Positions 43,172 to 55,817 of a stretch of 64,000 bases of DNA are shown one piece after another. How positions within the stretch are numbered: position 1 is the first letter of the stretch; the number at the start of each line of letters is the position of its first letter. The notes beneath the pieces were generated by a model. The model saw nothing but the letters and a program-made list of their open reading frames with translations. It was not told the origin of the DNA and did not search any database. A program made the translations under genes and the position numbers. The DNA is from Eledone cirrhosa (lineage: Eukaryota), in assembly GCA_964016885.1 (NCBI GenBank), contig OZ024743.1:355198001-355262000 (forward strand). The letters are read 5' to 3'.

Positions 43172-45350
43172 TCAAGGTGGTTGAGTTATCATAGGAATGT
43201 CAATCCAGTTACAGATCAGATGTGATTTCAGATGAGGACAACATCTGAAGATCTCCGTCTTTGAGTTCAGGCAAGCAGAAGTGGCCTTCAAGTTTAGCAA
43301 AATCCTATATTTTTCTGTGGTACACAAAGAACAATTCTTTGTGCCCCTTTGGTACTCCCTCGAATGGTCTAAAATAGACCAATCGATAGAGTACGGAATA
43401 TTTTTATTCTTGAATTCCCACACCTTACTTGCGAGGGCCGTTGCTATTCGTTTATCGGAGTGCTTAAAAGAAGCGACATGGGCATAAAACCTGGTTTTAA
43501 ACCTGTCCTGGGTCATGCCAACATATCGCTCACTCCTGGCTGGCTGGCTGGTTGTTGATTAAAGGTGTCACTTTGGCCTCATAAACAACAGATTTGGTGT
43601 TACATTTGCCCTGTAATAGGCATTCATCCGTCTTCCTGCAATTGCATCCTGGATTTGTTCTCGTATGATTTGAATTAGTGATCTTGGACTTCATTGATGG
43701 GCAACAAGAGTAACTGATCTTAACTACATTTCTATTAAATATCTTATAATATCTATGATTATGAGGAAAATGTTTATCTAAGAGTTCAAGGAATTTCTTT
43801 CCTACATTAGTTTTGACAGTTAGAGAGAGGGGGGGTGTAAACCAAATAATTTTCCTTTTCCTATTATTGTGGTTAATTTTAGGGGGGGGGGTAGGTAAAT
43901 AATAAATTTATTCTGTAAAACCGCTGTTATTAAGGGCTTTATTATAATAAGGGGCGGCTTTATTAAAAATGTCTAGAGACGAAGATAAGGTAGAAATCCT
44001 ACGGCTAATGTTGGGAATAAGATTTTTAAAAACTATAGGGGGATGGCAAGACTCTTTGTGTATATACCTAAGATTTTCATTAGGTTTATGATAAGGTTTA
44101 AAAGAGGCGGTAAGTAGATCAAGATTAATGTCAAGAAAGTTATCATTGGTAAGGTTCGTATCTATAGTAATTTTAAGGTTAAGATTAGCAAAAGTATTGA
44201 TTAAATCTTTACGGAATTTATCAAGGTTATGGCCGTTGGTGGTATGAGAAACTGCCAATCCGTCATCACGGTATAAACCGATATTATGGGAAGGAAATTT
44301 CTCTTTGAGGGTGTGGAGAAGGAATAATCCTACTAAGTCACACACATCCGCACTGTCATATGAACCCATTGCAACATCAAAAGAGTTTTCAGGGTTTGAC
44401 TTTTTAACCCAAATATTTTCATTAGTTCAGAGTAAAGTTTTTCTAGCATGAAATCTAATTTAGAAATATTAATGAAGGGTCTTGCAAATTCTAAGGCATT
44501 AGTTAATAAGGAAACAGTAATAGAGGGGTAAAAATCAACAATATCAAATTTGGTAAATCCACACTTATTTTTACCTTGTATATTATTAAACCAAGAAATA
44601 ACAGAGGAAGTATTTAGCCACTGTGATAGGTCAGTCTTAGTTCTAATTTGGAGAATTATTTTTCTTAAGATTTTTTTACTTGCAAGGCCAACTTTGGATT
44701 TAGCCGGGTTAATCAGTCTACAACTAGGTCGATTAGTAAAGTCTAATTTATGGTCTTTAAGGCTTTACGCTTAGCTAGGCTTTCAATCCGGTTGTCTATT
44801 TTTAAAGAACTAGCAAGTTCATTAGCTTATTTATTAATAGTATTGTAGGTATTATTATTAGTTAATTGATATTTGTTGGTGATACTATTAGTTAAAAGTT
44901 GGTTATACAAAATACTATTAACTTCAAAGAGATTTTTAGTTTTATCGGAAAGAACAAGGTGTTTGTAGAATTTTTAAAATTAGAAATATCGTTAGACAGT
45001 TTAGTTTGAAAATTATTATTATACTTACGAAATTTGATATCACTAATTAAATTAACAAGGTCTAATTCGAAGTTGGCCATGTCTTTAATTGTAGGTGGTT
45101 ATTTACGGGATTTTATGTCAAAACATTCATTAGTATCAGCACTGAATACTCCATCGTAAACCATTGCCTTCCATCTCATTCTTTTAACGACTTGTTCGAT
45201 TTTATCTATAAGCATTTTGGTATAAGTTGTGTTGGAAGGAGTAGGTATATTTTTTATTGAATAATCCAATTCATAAAGGTTCATGGTGTATGTTGGTTAA
45301 ATTCCTGAAAACTGTAGAGTGCTCAACTAATCGGGCTGGAAAGTATTAGT
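43172..45350 (-). mobile_element. Near full-length Penelope-like element (RT + C-terminal GIY-YIG), pseudogenised; possibly Hydra-type clade
   Basis: MNLYELDYSIKNIP...KRMRWKA, FDIVDFYPSIT, MGSYDSADVCDLVG, GLYRDDGL, FLDINLDL, IIWFTPP, CNCR, YVGMT...RFYAH and CSLCTTEK. The clade assignment is tentative. Confidence 0.85.
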
Positions 45351-45778
45351 TATATATATATAAGTATTAATTATATACATATATATATATACTATATTAA
45401 TAGCAATTTCTATCTGTCTGTGTGTAACCACTTGGCGCCTACACCAGTGATCCAATCCTGATGAAACTTTACATACATGTTAAGCTAATATTCAGAAACA
45501 GGACTGGCTAATTGGATTTTAAGAATAATCAATACTAGAACCCCTGGTGAGATCTTTACAATAGAGGAGGAAAAAGAAGACGTTTCAGTGAGAGAGGGGC
45601 AAGAGGAGATACTACTACTGTATGTTAAACCCTTTCCCCCACTACTCCCCTTCCTCCTCCCACTACTCAGTCCTCCAAAACTAGGCAACAACTAGAAATA
45701 TATATAAATAAATTTTAAACAAAGGAGACGAAAATTTAATTTTGGTTTACCACCTAATAGATGAATCTGTATATATAT

Positions 45779-45842
<64 letters not shown>

Positions 45843-45990
45843 GCAGCACGCCATTTTACCCACTCCACTACCCTATGTATTGAGTACACTGGTGCGTTAT
45901 GGTCCACCTGGTATCTTACTACACCCTCTTTGTTTATATATATATATGGAAAACGAAGAATCAGTGATGCATCGGAACACAATTTATTAC

Positions 45991-46083
45991 CGTATTACAA
46001 TTGTTTCCCCGGCGAACACAGCTCGAGGTGCGATCTATTTGTGGATCGAACCTCACTCTGGATTCGAAAGTTCCTCTGATACG
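45991..46083 (-). ncRNA. HHR-like motif with long stem II and variant core
   Basis: cgtat CAGAGGA [~60-nt hairpin including gaggttcgatc/gatcgcacctc] GAAA CAATTG TA atacg. Confidence 0.55.
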
Positions 46084-46357
46084 ACGTACCGCCTATGGAC
46101 GCATCCAAGGAACCTTACTACATATATATAATGTGAGGAAAGAGACACAAATATATCTATTTTCTCTTCATATATGTATGCATTCGTGAGTTTTAAATCG
46201 AATAATAATAATATTCGATTCGTTTGCAAGCAATCAACCTCATTACACTATGTGTTTTAGACTACCATCGTCATCCTTTTGTTCTAGCGCTGACAGCCGA
46301 TAAAGAACTCACGAATGCATTTACGTATCCGTTACGTATCCTAGCGAAACTAAGTTT

Positions 46358-46437
<80 letters not shown>

Positions 46438-46445
<8 letters not shown>

Positions 46446-46686
46446 AAAAAGAGATGAAATCGAAAATGCAACTGGAGTCTTATTTTTTTTTTTTTTTTTT
46501 TTAAATATATATATTTATTTGGTTCCTTTAAAAACCACAGACCCTCCATCTCAACTCACCTTTTGAAAAGCAGAAGAACTGCGAAACCGGTAAAGGAACC
46601 AAATAAATATATATATTTAAAAAAAAAAAAAAAAAAAAAAAATAAGACTCCAGTTGCATTTTCGATTTCATCTCTTTTTCTTTATA
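46438..46686. mobile_element. pLTR fragment with inverted duplication and degenerate HHR in the spacer
   Basis: About 90 bp arms. HHR at 46559-46596: cctt TTGAAAA gcag aagaa ctgc GAAA CCGG TA aagg. Confidence 0.65.
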
Positions 46687-46741
46687 CTTTCACTCGTGTA
46701 AGACACCTCGGTTATTTTTCATTTTGTAAAAAAAACCTCAC

Positions 46742-46831
<90 letters not shown>

Positions 46832-46899
46832 GTTTTAAGTAATTCTGAAGGAAAAGCAAAGGAAAAAAGAGTGCTCTATATATAGAACAGAGGTATTTA

Positions 46900-47088
46900 A
46901 TTAGAAAGTGAACAACACAAAATATAACTACTCCATTACCAAAGGTTTCTGGATCCCAGACAATAACAATATACGTCTGGATCGGTCGTCAGACATAACT
47001 TCTCTGTCCAGGCGTATATTGTTATTATCTGGGACCCAGAAACTTTTGGTAATGGAGTAGCTATATTTTGTGTTGTTCACTTTCTAAT
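46900..47088. repeat. Inverted repeat, ~80 bp arms with ~25-nt spacer
   Basis: ttagaaagtgaacaacacaaaatata... / ...tatattttgtgttgttcactttctaa. Confidence 0.85.
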
Positions 47089-47454
47089 AATATTATATAG
47101 AACATTTTCGCTCTACATGGCTGAATACAATAAATGTAATCTGAGTTTTTCGAATCGAATGTTACGGCTCTATGGTCTGAGTTCAAATTCGTCCCTAGGA
47201 AATTTAGCGGAGTTCATACTTTTGCAAGCATTCGGGCAAGCTATCTGGCTTCAGGATACCTTCTTCCTACTAGTTTTGAGACTGCTGAAAAGGGTCAAGA
47301 TCCGTGCCCTTTCCTAATTCATTAAACAGTTTCCAAAGTAATAGGATCGTGAACGATTGATAAGACTCTCCCTCATAGAATAAGTTTGATTTGTTTTATT
47401 AAAATAAAAAGACGAAATATTTACACCTGGAATGCCTACTGCTCTTGGACTGAG

Positions 47455-47859
47455 CAACAACATTATCAAAACAACAATAACATAATCATAAAGAACAGCA
47501 ACCGTAATGTCATCATCATCATCATCATCGTCTCAAACAACACCAACAACATCAACAACAACAGCAACATCATCATCATCATCATCAGCATCTCAATAAA
47601 CACCAACAACATCAACAACAACAGTAACATCATCATAACAAAACAACATCATCATCATCAACAACGGCAACCGGAACACCATCATCAACAAGATTATCAC
47701 CATCATCATCATCATCATCATCATCAACAACGACAACAACAACATCAACAACATCAAATACAACAAGAAAAGCATCATCAAATTATCATCAACGACATCA
47801 TCATCTCTTACAACAGCAACAACAGAATCGCCATTACCATCATCAACAACCACAACAAC

Positions 47860-47893
<34 letters not shown>

Positions 47894-47897
47894 ACAG
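47455..47897. repeat. Degenerate (CAA)n/(CAT)n trinucleotide region
   Basis: Directly visible. Confidence 0.85.
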
Positions 47898-48051
47898 GGC
47901 CACTGATAAAATCATAAAGGAAAACCGTTAATCGATCATTAGGGTAAAATAAAGTAGTCATAACGACTTGATGAAGTCGCAGGGGTACGGTGCTGATACA
48001 AGGCGTATGTAGGGCATTTAAAACCTGGTGGGACCCATCTCTCTCTAGGTT

Positions 48052-48545
48052 GTTACAGCCAATGTCTTCTAGAGAGAGAGGGGGAGGTAGAAAGAGGATG
48101 GGAAAGAGACGGAGGCAGAAAGAGAGAGATTAGAGAGGGGGGGGAGAAAATGAGAGAGAGAGAGAACCAACCTAAGTACTGGACTAATAATTTGTTATCG
48201 ATCTTGAATGGAAGAAAGGCAAGGTTGAACTCTACGGTATTTGGATTCAGAGCGCAGTGAGCCAATTTCTTCTAGAGAGAGAGAGGGGGTCAGAAAGACG
48301 GCGGGAGAGAGAGGGGGGATGGGAAGAGAGAAAGAGTGAGAAAGAGAGAGTAGAGAGAGAGAGAGGGGGGAGAGAAGAGAGAGAGAGAGAACCTAAGTAC
48401 TGGACTAATACTTTATTATCGATCTTGAAAAGATGAAAGGCAAGGTTGAACTCGGCAGCATAGGGATTCAGAGCGCAGTGAGTCAGAACAAATACCATAG
48501 CAATTTTTTAATTCGGTGCCATAACGAGTCTACCAATTCGCCACT
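48052..48545 (-). mobile_element. Two diverged SINE copies with (GA)-rich tails (tandem duplication)
   Basis: cctaagtactggactaata..ttatcgatcttgaa...gaaaggcaaggttgaactc is repeated about 230 bp apart. Confidence 0.7.
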
Positions 48546-49127
48546 TTCAGTAGTCCAGTAGGCCAACATAATTACCAATTCTGCTATTTGCCAATGACTA
48601 CAACCACATACTTCAAAAACAAAAATAATAGATAAATTGAATTAAAGTAATATAAAAAGAAAATAAGAAAGATAAGTGAAATGTTAGTTGACAGAGGTAA
48701 GACTGTATTTACTGACCTATCTGGGAGGTTGCCAACATGTGCATTGCCTGTGCACTATAAATGTCTCTTCCATCAGCTCTTCTATATATTTGCAGTGTGA
48801 TGTTCGGTTACTTTTGTAAAACCAATGGAAAGTAAATTATTGGGGAAATTTGAAAACAGAAAATCTTAAACCACTTCCTCCCCGCAAACCTAGCATCACC
48901 CCAACTGTGACTAACCACTCCAGACACCATCATCAACAATGCTTCACACCGCCACCACCAGTAACAACAAAACCATGCAAACTTTCAGATGTTCACATAT
49001 CTTAGATATTTGCTTTTACAAATACCAAAATCCACGATTATACATACAAACATACATACATACGTGCATGCATACATACATACATACATACATACATACA
49101 TACATACATACATACATACATACATAC

Positions 49128-50828
49128 ATGGTGGCTGCCAACTCGTTTTCGAGTACGGCCACTACTTTATATCCATGTAGGAGAACCCCTACCGATGCGC
49201 TGAACGAGTGTGACTTTTTAGTCCAGCCAGCGACTTGAAAACTCTGGTACAAACACTACACTTGTGACAATTACTGACACATAGTGCTGGGCCCATGGTA
49301 CCATGTGACGACAAGTGCAGAGAGATCTCCAGATATAAAGCAATGCCTGTGCCGTGAAGCTTTTATAGTGAGCAAAGGCACTGCACAAAGCCAGTCCCAC
49401 TCTCTTAACCAAGATGATATTTACCAAAAAGAAGAACAAGTCAACATCATTGGATACCATCAGGGTTGCAGGTGTTATATCAGAGTTTTCCTTCTCCTAG
49501 AATTCTGCCTTGACAAAGGCTAAGGGGTCATCTCTCCCGGTGATTTTGGATGGCCATTGACTCTTAAGAGCTCCTTTGCCCTTTGACAGGTTTTGTTTTT
49601 AGTCCTGCAGGATGTCCAAAGTCACCCTCCTCACCAAGAAACCTTGGTGGGGTTGCCAGTTTAGTCGCCAACGACCCGACCATGGGACAGGTTGTACTGG
49701 GATACATGTTACCAGTAGCACCAACTGGTGACCTGACATACATACATACATACATACATACATACATACATACATACATGATGGCTGCCCCCTCGTTATT
49801 GAGTATGGCCATTGCATGATATACCATTATTAATAATTATTAATTAATTCTATCGTGCAATGCCTGTGCGTGAAGATATTTTTTAAAGTGAGGAAAGACT
49901 GTGCACTGAACCAATCCCACTCATCGATAACTACTGAGCCGCAGGTTTTATATCGGAGTTATCCCAGTTTCCTGAGTTGCCGTCTCCTAGAAGAATGCCC
50001 TGACAAAGGCTAGGGGTCCTTCACTCCCAGTGGTTTAACCGCGCGCTACATGTGTATATACATATTTACACACTTTTGGATGGCCATTGACTCTTATGAG
50101 TTCTTCCGCCCTTTGTCAGGCTTTCTTTTTTGTCCTTCAGGGTGTCCAAAATCACCCTTCTCACCATGTAAAGTTGGTGGGGTTGCCGGTTTAGTCGCCG
50201 ACGACCTGACCATGCGAGAGGTTGTACTGGGTTACATGTTACCAGTAGCACTCAAGAGTGACCCGACATACGTACATACATACATACATGATGGATGCAA
50301 AATCTGCTGAGAGTATTGCAATCGCATGTCAGATTACAGAAAATGGTGCACTTTGAGGCTACGGCCAGCCACACAAGCCTGGAACATATCCTGAATAAGC
50401 AATGTCTGTGCTTTGAAGGTTTTTAAGTGGGGAAATGCCTTGCACTCAACCAATCCCACTCTCTGAGCATCGAAAACACAACCCTAAAAGGAGAGCTGGT
50501 CAACATCATCGGATGCTTCCGAAGCCGCAGGTTTTTTTGTTTTTTATTCAGAGTTTCCCTCTCTTAGAAAGGTGTTGTGACAACAACTGGGGGCCTTTCA
50601 CTCCCAGGTAAAATAAAAAAAAAGAAAAGTACTATTTGGATGGCCGTTGACTCTGCCGAGTTCCTCCGTCCTTTGCCGGGTCTTGTATTTCATCCCACAG
50701 GATGTCCAAATATCACCCTCCTCACCGAGCAAGCTTGTTGGGGCTGCGCATTTAATCACCGACAACCCGACCATGAGACGGGTTGTACTCGGTTACATGT
50801 TACCAGTAGCACTCGAAAGCGATCTGAC
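49128..50828 (-). mobile_element. Three tandem ~500-600 bp non-autonomous RTE-derived elements separated by (ATAC)n
   Basis: Units at about 49128-49737, 49778-50268 and 50288-50828. Their 3' tail (gcaatggccatactc..taacgagggggcagccatcat) matches the RTE 3' end at 55642-55685. A partial copy lies at about 60962-61205. Confidence 0.75.
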
Positions 50829-51135
50829 ATACATACATACATACATACATACATACATACATACATACATACATACATACATACATGCATACATACATAC
50901 ATACATGAATGAATGAATGAATGGGAAATTCTTCCCTTGCGAAGATCAGTTGCCCTGTTCTGTGTGGCCGTACGCCCTGAGTGTTGAGGCCAATCCTGAA
51001 GAGTCTGGTACAGTTGGGGCAAGTGTGTATTTGGTCAGTTGGTGGTTGGGTAGTGGACAGCTGTCCTCTTTGATGTTTGTCTTCAGTTGCCGCCTTCCTG
51101 CTCTACTCAAAGCAAGCTGTAGAAACCAATTATTT

Positions 51136-51185
<50 letters not shown>

Positions 51186-51205
51186 GGTCGGTCAAGGTGA
51201 TCAAG

Positions 51206-51282
<77 letters not shown>

Positions 51283-51285
<3 letters not shown>

Positions 51286-51810
51286 AGGAAGTTATAGTTC
51301 ATGTGAAGCATTGTGTAATGAGGTATAAGCGTTTGTATATGTATAATAAAGCCAAAAGAATGCAGGTATGGACATAGAATAAAGAATACAAATGCAAAAG
51401 ATATTGTTGACAATTAGTCTTTTACTTTAGATTTATTTAAATGTCCTTAATTTTCGAGATAATATCTCTTCTTCGGAGGGAAGTAAAGCGGTTAAACCAG
51501 TGTTCTAAATAGCTTGCCAAGTCATGCTGACAGGAAATGGTATAGAGTATCTGTTCTATCTCTAATGTCAAAGAGTTAAGGTTAGGTGGATAAAGAGTAG
51601 TCTCCCTTTAAAAGGTTTTTTGTTTGTTTGCTTGTTTTTTGTACATGCCTGTTTAAGTGTGTGGGAGAATGCGTGAATGTGTAAGTATGTGTATGTGGGT
51701 GTGTGTGTGTGTGAAGATATCTCTATACGTAAATGTGGGGGATAGATGTTCTCTCGTGTTAGAATTGGTCTTTGAATGTGTGTGTGTGAGAGAGAATATG
51801 TGGAGGTGTA

Positions 51811-51880
<70 letters not shown>

Positions 51881-52360
51881 AGTGTGTGTGTGGGTGTGTG
51901 TTGGAGGGTGGTGTAAATACGGGGCTAGATGCTCTATCAAGTTATAAATTGGGTGTTGAGTTCTAGTCTATTATTGATTGGTGGTTGTGTTTTGTCTATA
52001 ATTAGTGCTTCCTTAATTCTAACATTGCCGAGGTTTCTTTCCTTAGTTTCTATCGTAACTGTTATGATTTTGTCGGTGTTTTTGCATTTAACTAGGTGTT
52101 TCTTAAATGAGGAAGCGTTAGTATTGAGGTGTTCTTTTATTCTTATGTGGAGTGGTCTGGTGGTGTTACCTACGTAGAAGTTGCTGCATTTGTCGCACTC
52201 TAGTCTGTATACGACATAAGCCTGGTGGCATAGGTCTGTGTCGTTGATAGGGCAGTTGGCTAGCCTGCAGCGGTTGTCATGTCTGGTGGAGTGTCTTTTG
52301 GTTAGCTGTCCGCGTAGAGAAGGACCTGAGTCGGCCAGTTGGTTATCTAGTCCCTCTCGT
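51283..52360 (-). mobile_element. Inverted 3' segment (GIY-YIG + pLTR) of the adjacent Penelope element
   Basis: Reverse complement of about 54620-55394. It encodes VVYRLECDKCSNFYVGNTTRPLHIRIKEHL and carries an HHR-like motif at about 51445-51480. Confidence 0.9.
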
Positions 52361-55300
52361 TTAAATAAATCTAAGGTAAAAGACTAATTATCAACAATAT
52401 CTTTTGCATTTGCATTCTTTATTCTATGTCCATACCTGCATTGTTTTGGCTTTATTATACATATACAAACGTTTATACCTCATTACACAATGCCTCAAGT
52501 GAACTATAACTTCCTCCTTTCCTTACGCCTGAGCCAGGCCCAGTTCACAACTGTAAAGAAACTATTCCAGCTATCTGAAAAGAGCGCCAAAGCCGGCTGC
52601 CAAATAAACTTCCTAAAACGATGCCTGAATAACAACATCATCCCCAAAACTTGCTCCTACCAACATGCTTCACATCACCAGGCCTCAAACGATCACTTAG
52701 CTACATACAAAACTTCTGCCTAAGAAAACTCATACAACACCTATACCGCACGCTACAACAACACATACGGACTATTTCCAGCCTTGTACCACAACTCGCT
52801 GAAACCCCAGAACCTCTGTCCAGAGTTATCTCCGCCTCTATAGACAGATCATACCACCATCGCCGAGACTACGAGAAAATACGCCTAACGCAAACATTTC
52901 TCAAACTCAGCACGGCTAAACGTCTTAACAACATCCCAACTCTAAGCACCAACAGAGGCGAACAAGACGGTACCAACACCGAACCTAGCGGCGCCCCGAC
53001 CAACAACACACCTGACGCAAAACACCTCGTCACAAACTTGACAGGATCCCTCTCCCGAGAGGAATTAGACCTCCTCAGCCTGGGTCCCAAGTTCATATTG
53101 AAACAGAGACTGGACGACAAATTATGGCTCGACATAGAAACGAATTTCTGTCGGGCTGCCTACCAACTAAAATGGATATCGACTCTCGGCAACAACACCA
53201 CGGAATCTAACAAACCCAGATTCCCGATATACCAACTGGATCGCCCACTCTGTCCACCGCCTGCCAACTGCGAGCTTGAAGAAAAACTCTGGAGGCTAAA
53301 ACATTCCGTATTTAACATCTTACGAAAACAGAAGAAGATAGCCCCAAACCTCTCCAGGACACAACAACTCGCCCTGAAGAACCTGCGGAATAGGGAACTT
53401 ATATACTTACCATCCAACAAAGATAAAGAGTTGTGCGACATCTCTCAAGCCACATACAACAATCTAGCTATTGAACACCTAAGCGACAATGTACTATATA
53501 CAGAGATCTCGGACATGACTGCAGCCCAGATCGAAAAACAGGCCAACTGCATCTGGTTCGACATCTGTAGGAGAAGACAACTCCCAAATAAAGTTAAGCT
53601 CAACTACACCACTAGAAATAGCAGACTGCCCACTTTCTATCACCTCATCAAGACCCACAAGAATAATACTAAGAGACAGATAAGACCTATCGTCTCTAGC
53701 ATAGAAGGACCCCTATACAAAATTTCCTGGCTCCTCTCCCAGGTCCTCAAGCCTCTACTCTCCACCTTTCCCGGGCATGTCAGTAGCTCCGACGAAGTTA
53801 TACGTAGACTACAACAACTCCAGACAGAACAACTTAAACTAAATAGATACGCCTTTAGCCTCGACGTTGTCTCCCTCTACACTACAATCCCCGCTCATCC
53901 AGCTGTCGATTTATTGACGGAATGCGTGGTCGCAGAGGACATCCACTGCTACGGCCTCCATCCGACGGACATACACCAGCTTTTGTCCTTCACAGTGGAC
54001 AACACGTACTTCACTTTCCACCACCACACATACAGACAGACAACAGGATTACCCATGGGATCCAGCCATCACCTTTATGAACCAGATAGAATGCCGAGCC
54101 CTCAACACCTGCCATTCCCATACCTTCTTCACCCGATATGTAGATGACATACTCATCCTTACATCATCCCGTGAGGAGGCGGATAAAATATACACAACAT
54201 TCTCCAGCATGGACGCCAGTATAAAGTTCAGCATGGAACACCCCGATGACCGCGGATCCCTATCCCTACTGGACTTCCAACTCAGGGTAACAGAGGAAGG
54301 CAACATCCACACCTGCTTCTATAAAAAAGCCGCCAGAAGGGACCTGTTCGTACATTTCAGATCGACCCTCCCAGCCGGCGCTAAGTTCGGATACATAAGG
54401 AACGAACTAACACGTATCCGGAACAAATGCACCGACGCTAGAGACCGAGACACACACACCACACATTTCCTGGAAGTACTCAAACTGAACGGATACACGA
54501 CATCCACCACAAACCGTGCCAGAAAGAACAGAGGAGACCACACCCGAAGCACTAACACTTGCTTCCTGAAGCTCCCACACTTCAGTGACGAAACAACAAC
54601 AGCCATCCTAAGAGCTATCAAACGAGAGGGACTAGATATCCAACTGGCCGACTCAGGTCCTTCTCTACGCGGACAGCTAACCAAAAGACACTCCACCAGA
54701 CATGACAACCGCTGCAGGCTAGCCAACTTCCCCACTCACGACACAGTCCTATGCCACCAGGCTTACGTCGTATACAGAAAACTCGGCAATCTTAGAATTA
54801 AGGAAGCACTAATTATAGACAAAACACAACCACCAATCAATAATAGACTAGAACTCAACACCCAATTTATAACTTTATAGGGCATCTAGCCCCGTATTTA
54901 AACCACCCTCCAACACACACGCACACACACACGCACGCACACACATACACACACACACATGCTTACACCTACACTTATTCTCTCTCACACACACACATAC
55001 AAAGACCAGTTCTAACACGAGAGAACATCTATCCTCCACATTTACGTATAGACATATCTTCTCACACTCACACACACACACACATACTTACACATTCACG
55101 CATTCTCCCACACACTTAAACAGGTATGTATAAAAAAACAAACAAACAAACAAAAACCCTTTTAAAGGGAGTCTACTCCTTGTCCACCTAACCTTAACTC
55201 TTTGACATTAGAGAGAGAACAGATACTCTATACCATTTCCTGTGAAGAAGAGATATTATCTCGAAAATTAAGGACATTTAAATAAATCTAAGGTAAAAGA

Positions 55301-55387
55301 CTAATTGTCAACAATATCTTTTACATTTGCATTCTTTATTCTATGTCCATACCTACATTGTTTTGGCTTTATTATACATATACAAAC

Positions 55388-55394
<7 letters not shown>
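52361..55394 (+). mobile_element. Near full-length Penelope-like element with pLTR direct repeats, pseudogenised
   Basis: ORF 52490-54880 with two frameshifts: LLSLGPKF, FYHLIKTHK, IRPIVS, FSLDVVSLYT, GLPMGS, RYVDDIL, LSLLDF. 52361-52475 is repeated at about 55278-55394. HHR-like motif at 55238-55274. Confidence 0.92.
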
Positions 55395-55456
<62 letters not shown>

Positions 55457-55641
55457 GACTTACGAAAATAAACAAAGAAGGATAAGACAACGAAAGAAGA
55501 CAAAACAAAGCGAAAAACAATTTTTTAAGAGTAAACCTTAAAAATTATTGAAAAATAAATATATATACAAACGAAGGACACAGAACTCTATGGTTATCGG
55601 CCGATGAGATGAACTTGGTCAGTTTCAACTCCTATATCTAT

Positions 55642-55782
55642 ATGATGGCTGCCCCCCTCGTTATCGAGTATGGCCATTGCACGAGAAAAAAAAAAAAAAT
55701 AATAATAATAATAATAATAAATAAATTTAAAAAAAAATTTAAAAAAAAAAAAATATATATATATATATATATACATATACAT

Positions 55783-55817
<35 letters not shown>

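Noticed and set aside
43172-45284. Programmed recoding or selenocysteine read-through in PLE ORFs
   Set aside because: The interruptions are mixed stops and frameshifts typical of neutral decay, not TGA at conserved Cys positions.
47386-47931. 181-aa Asn/His/Gln-rich ORF
   Set aside because: It is a (CAA)/(CAT) simple repeat with no real start codon, splice context or domain.
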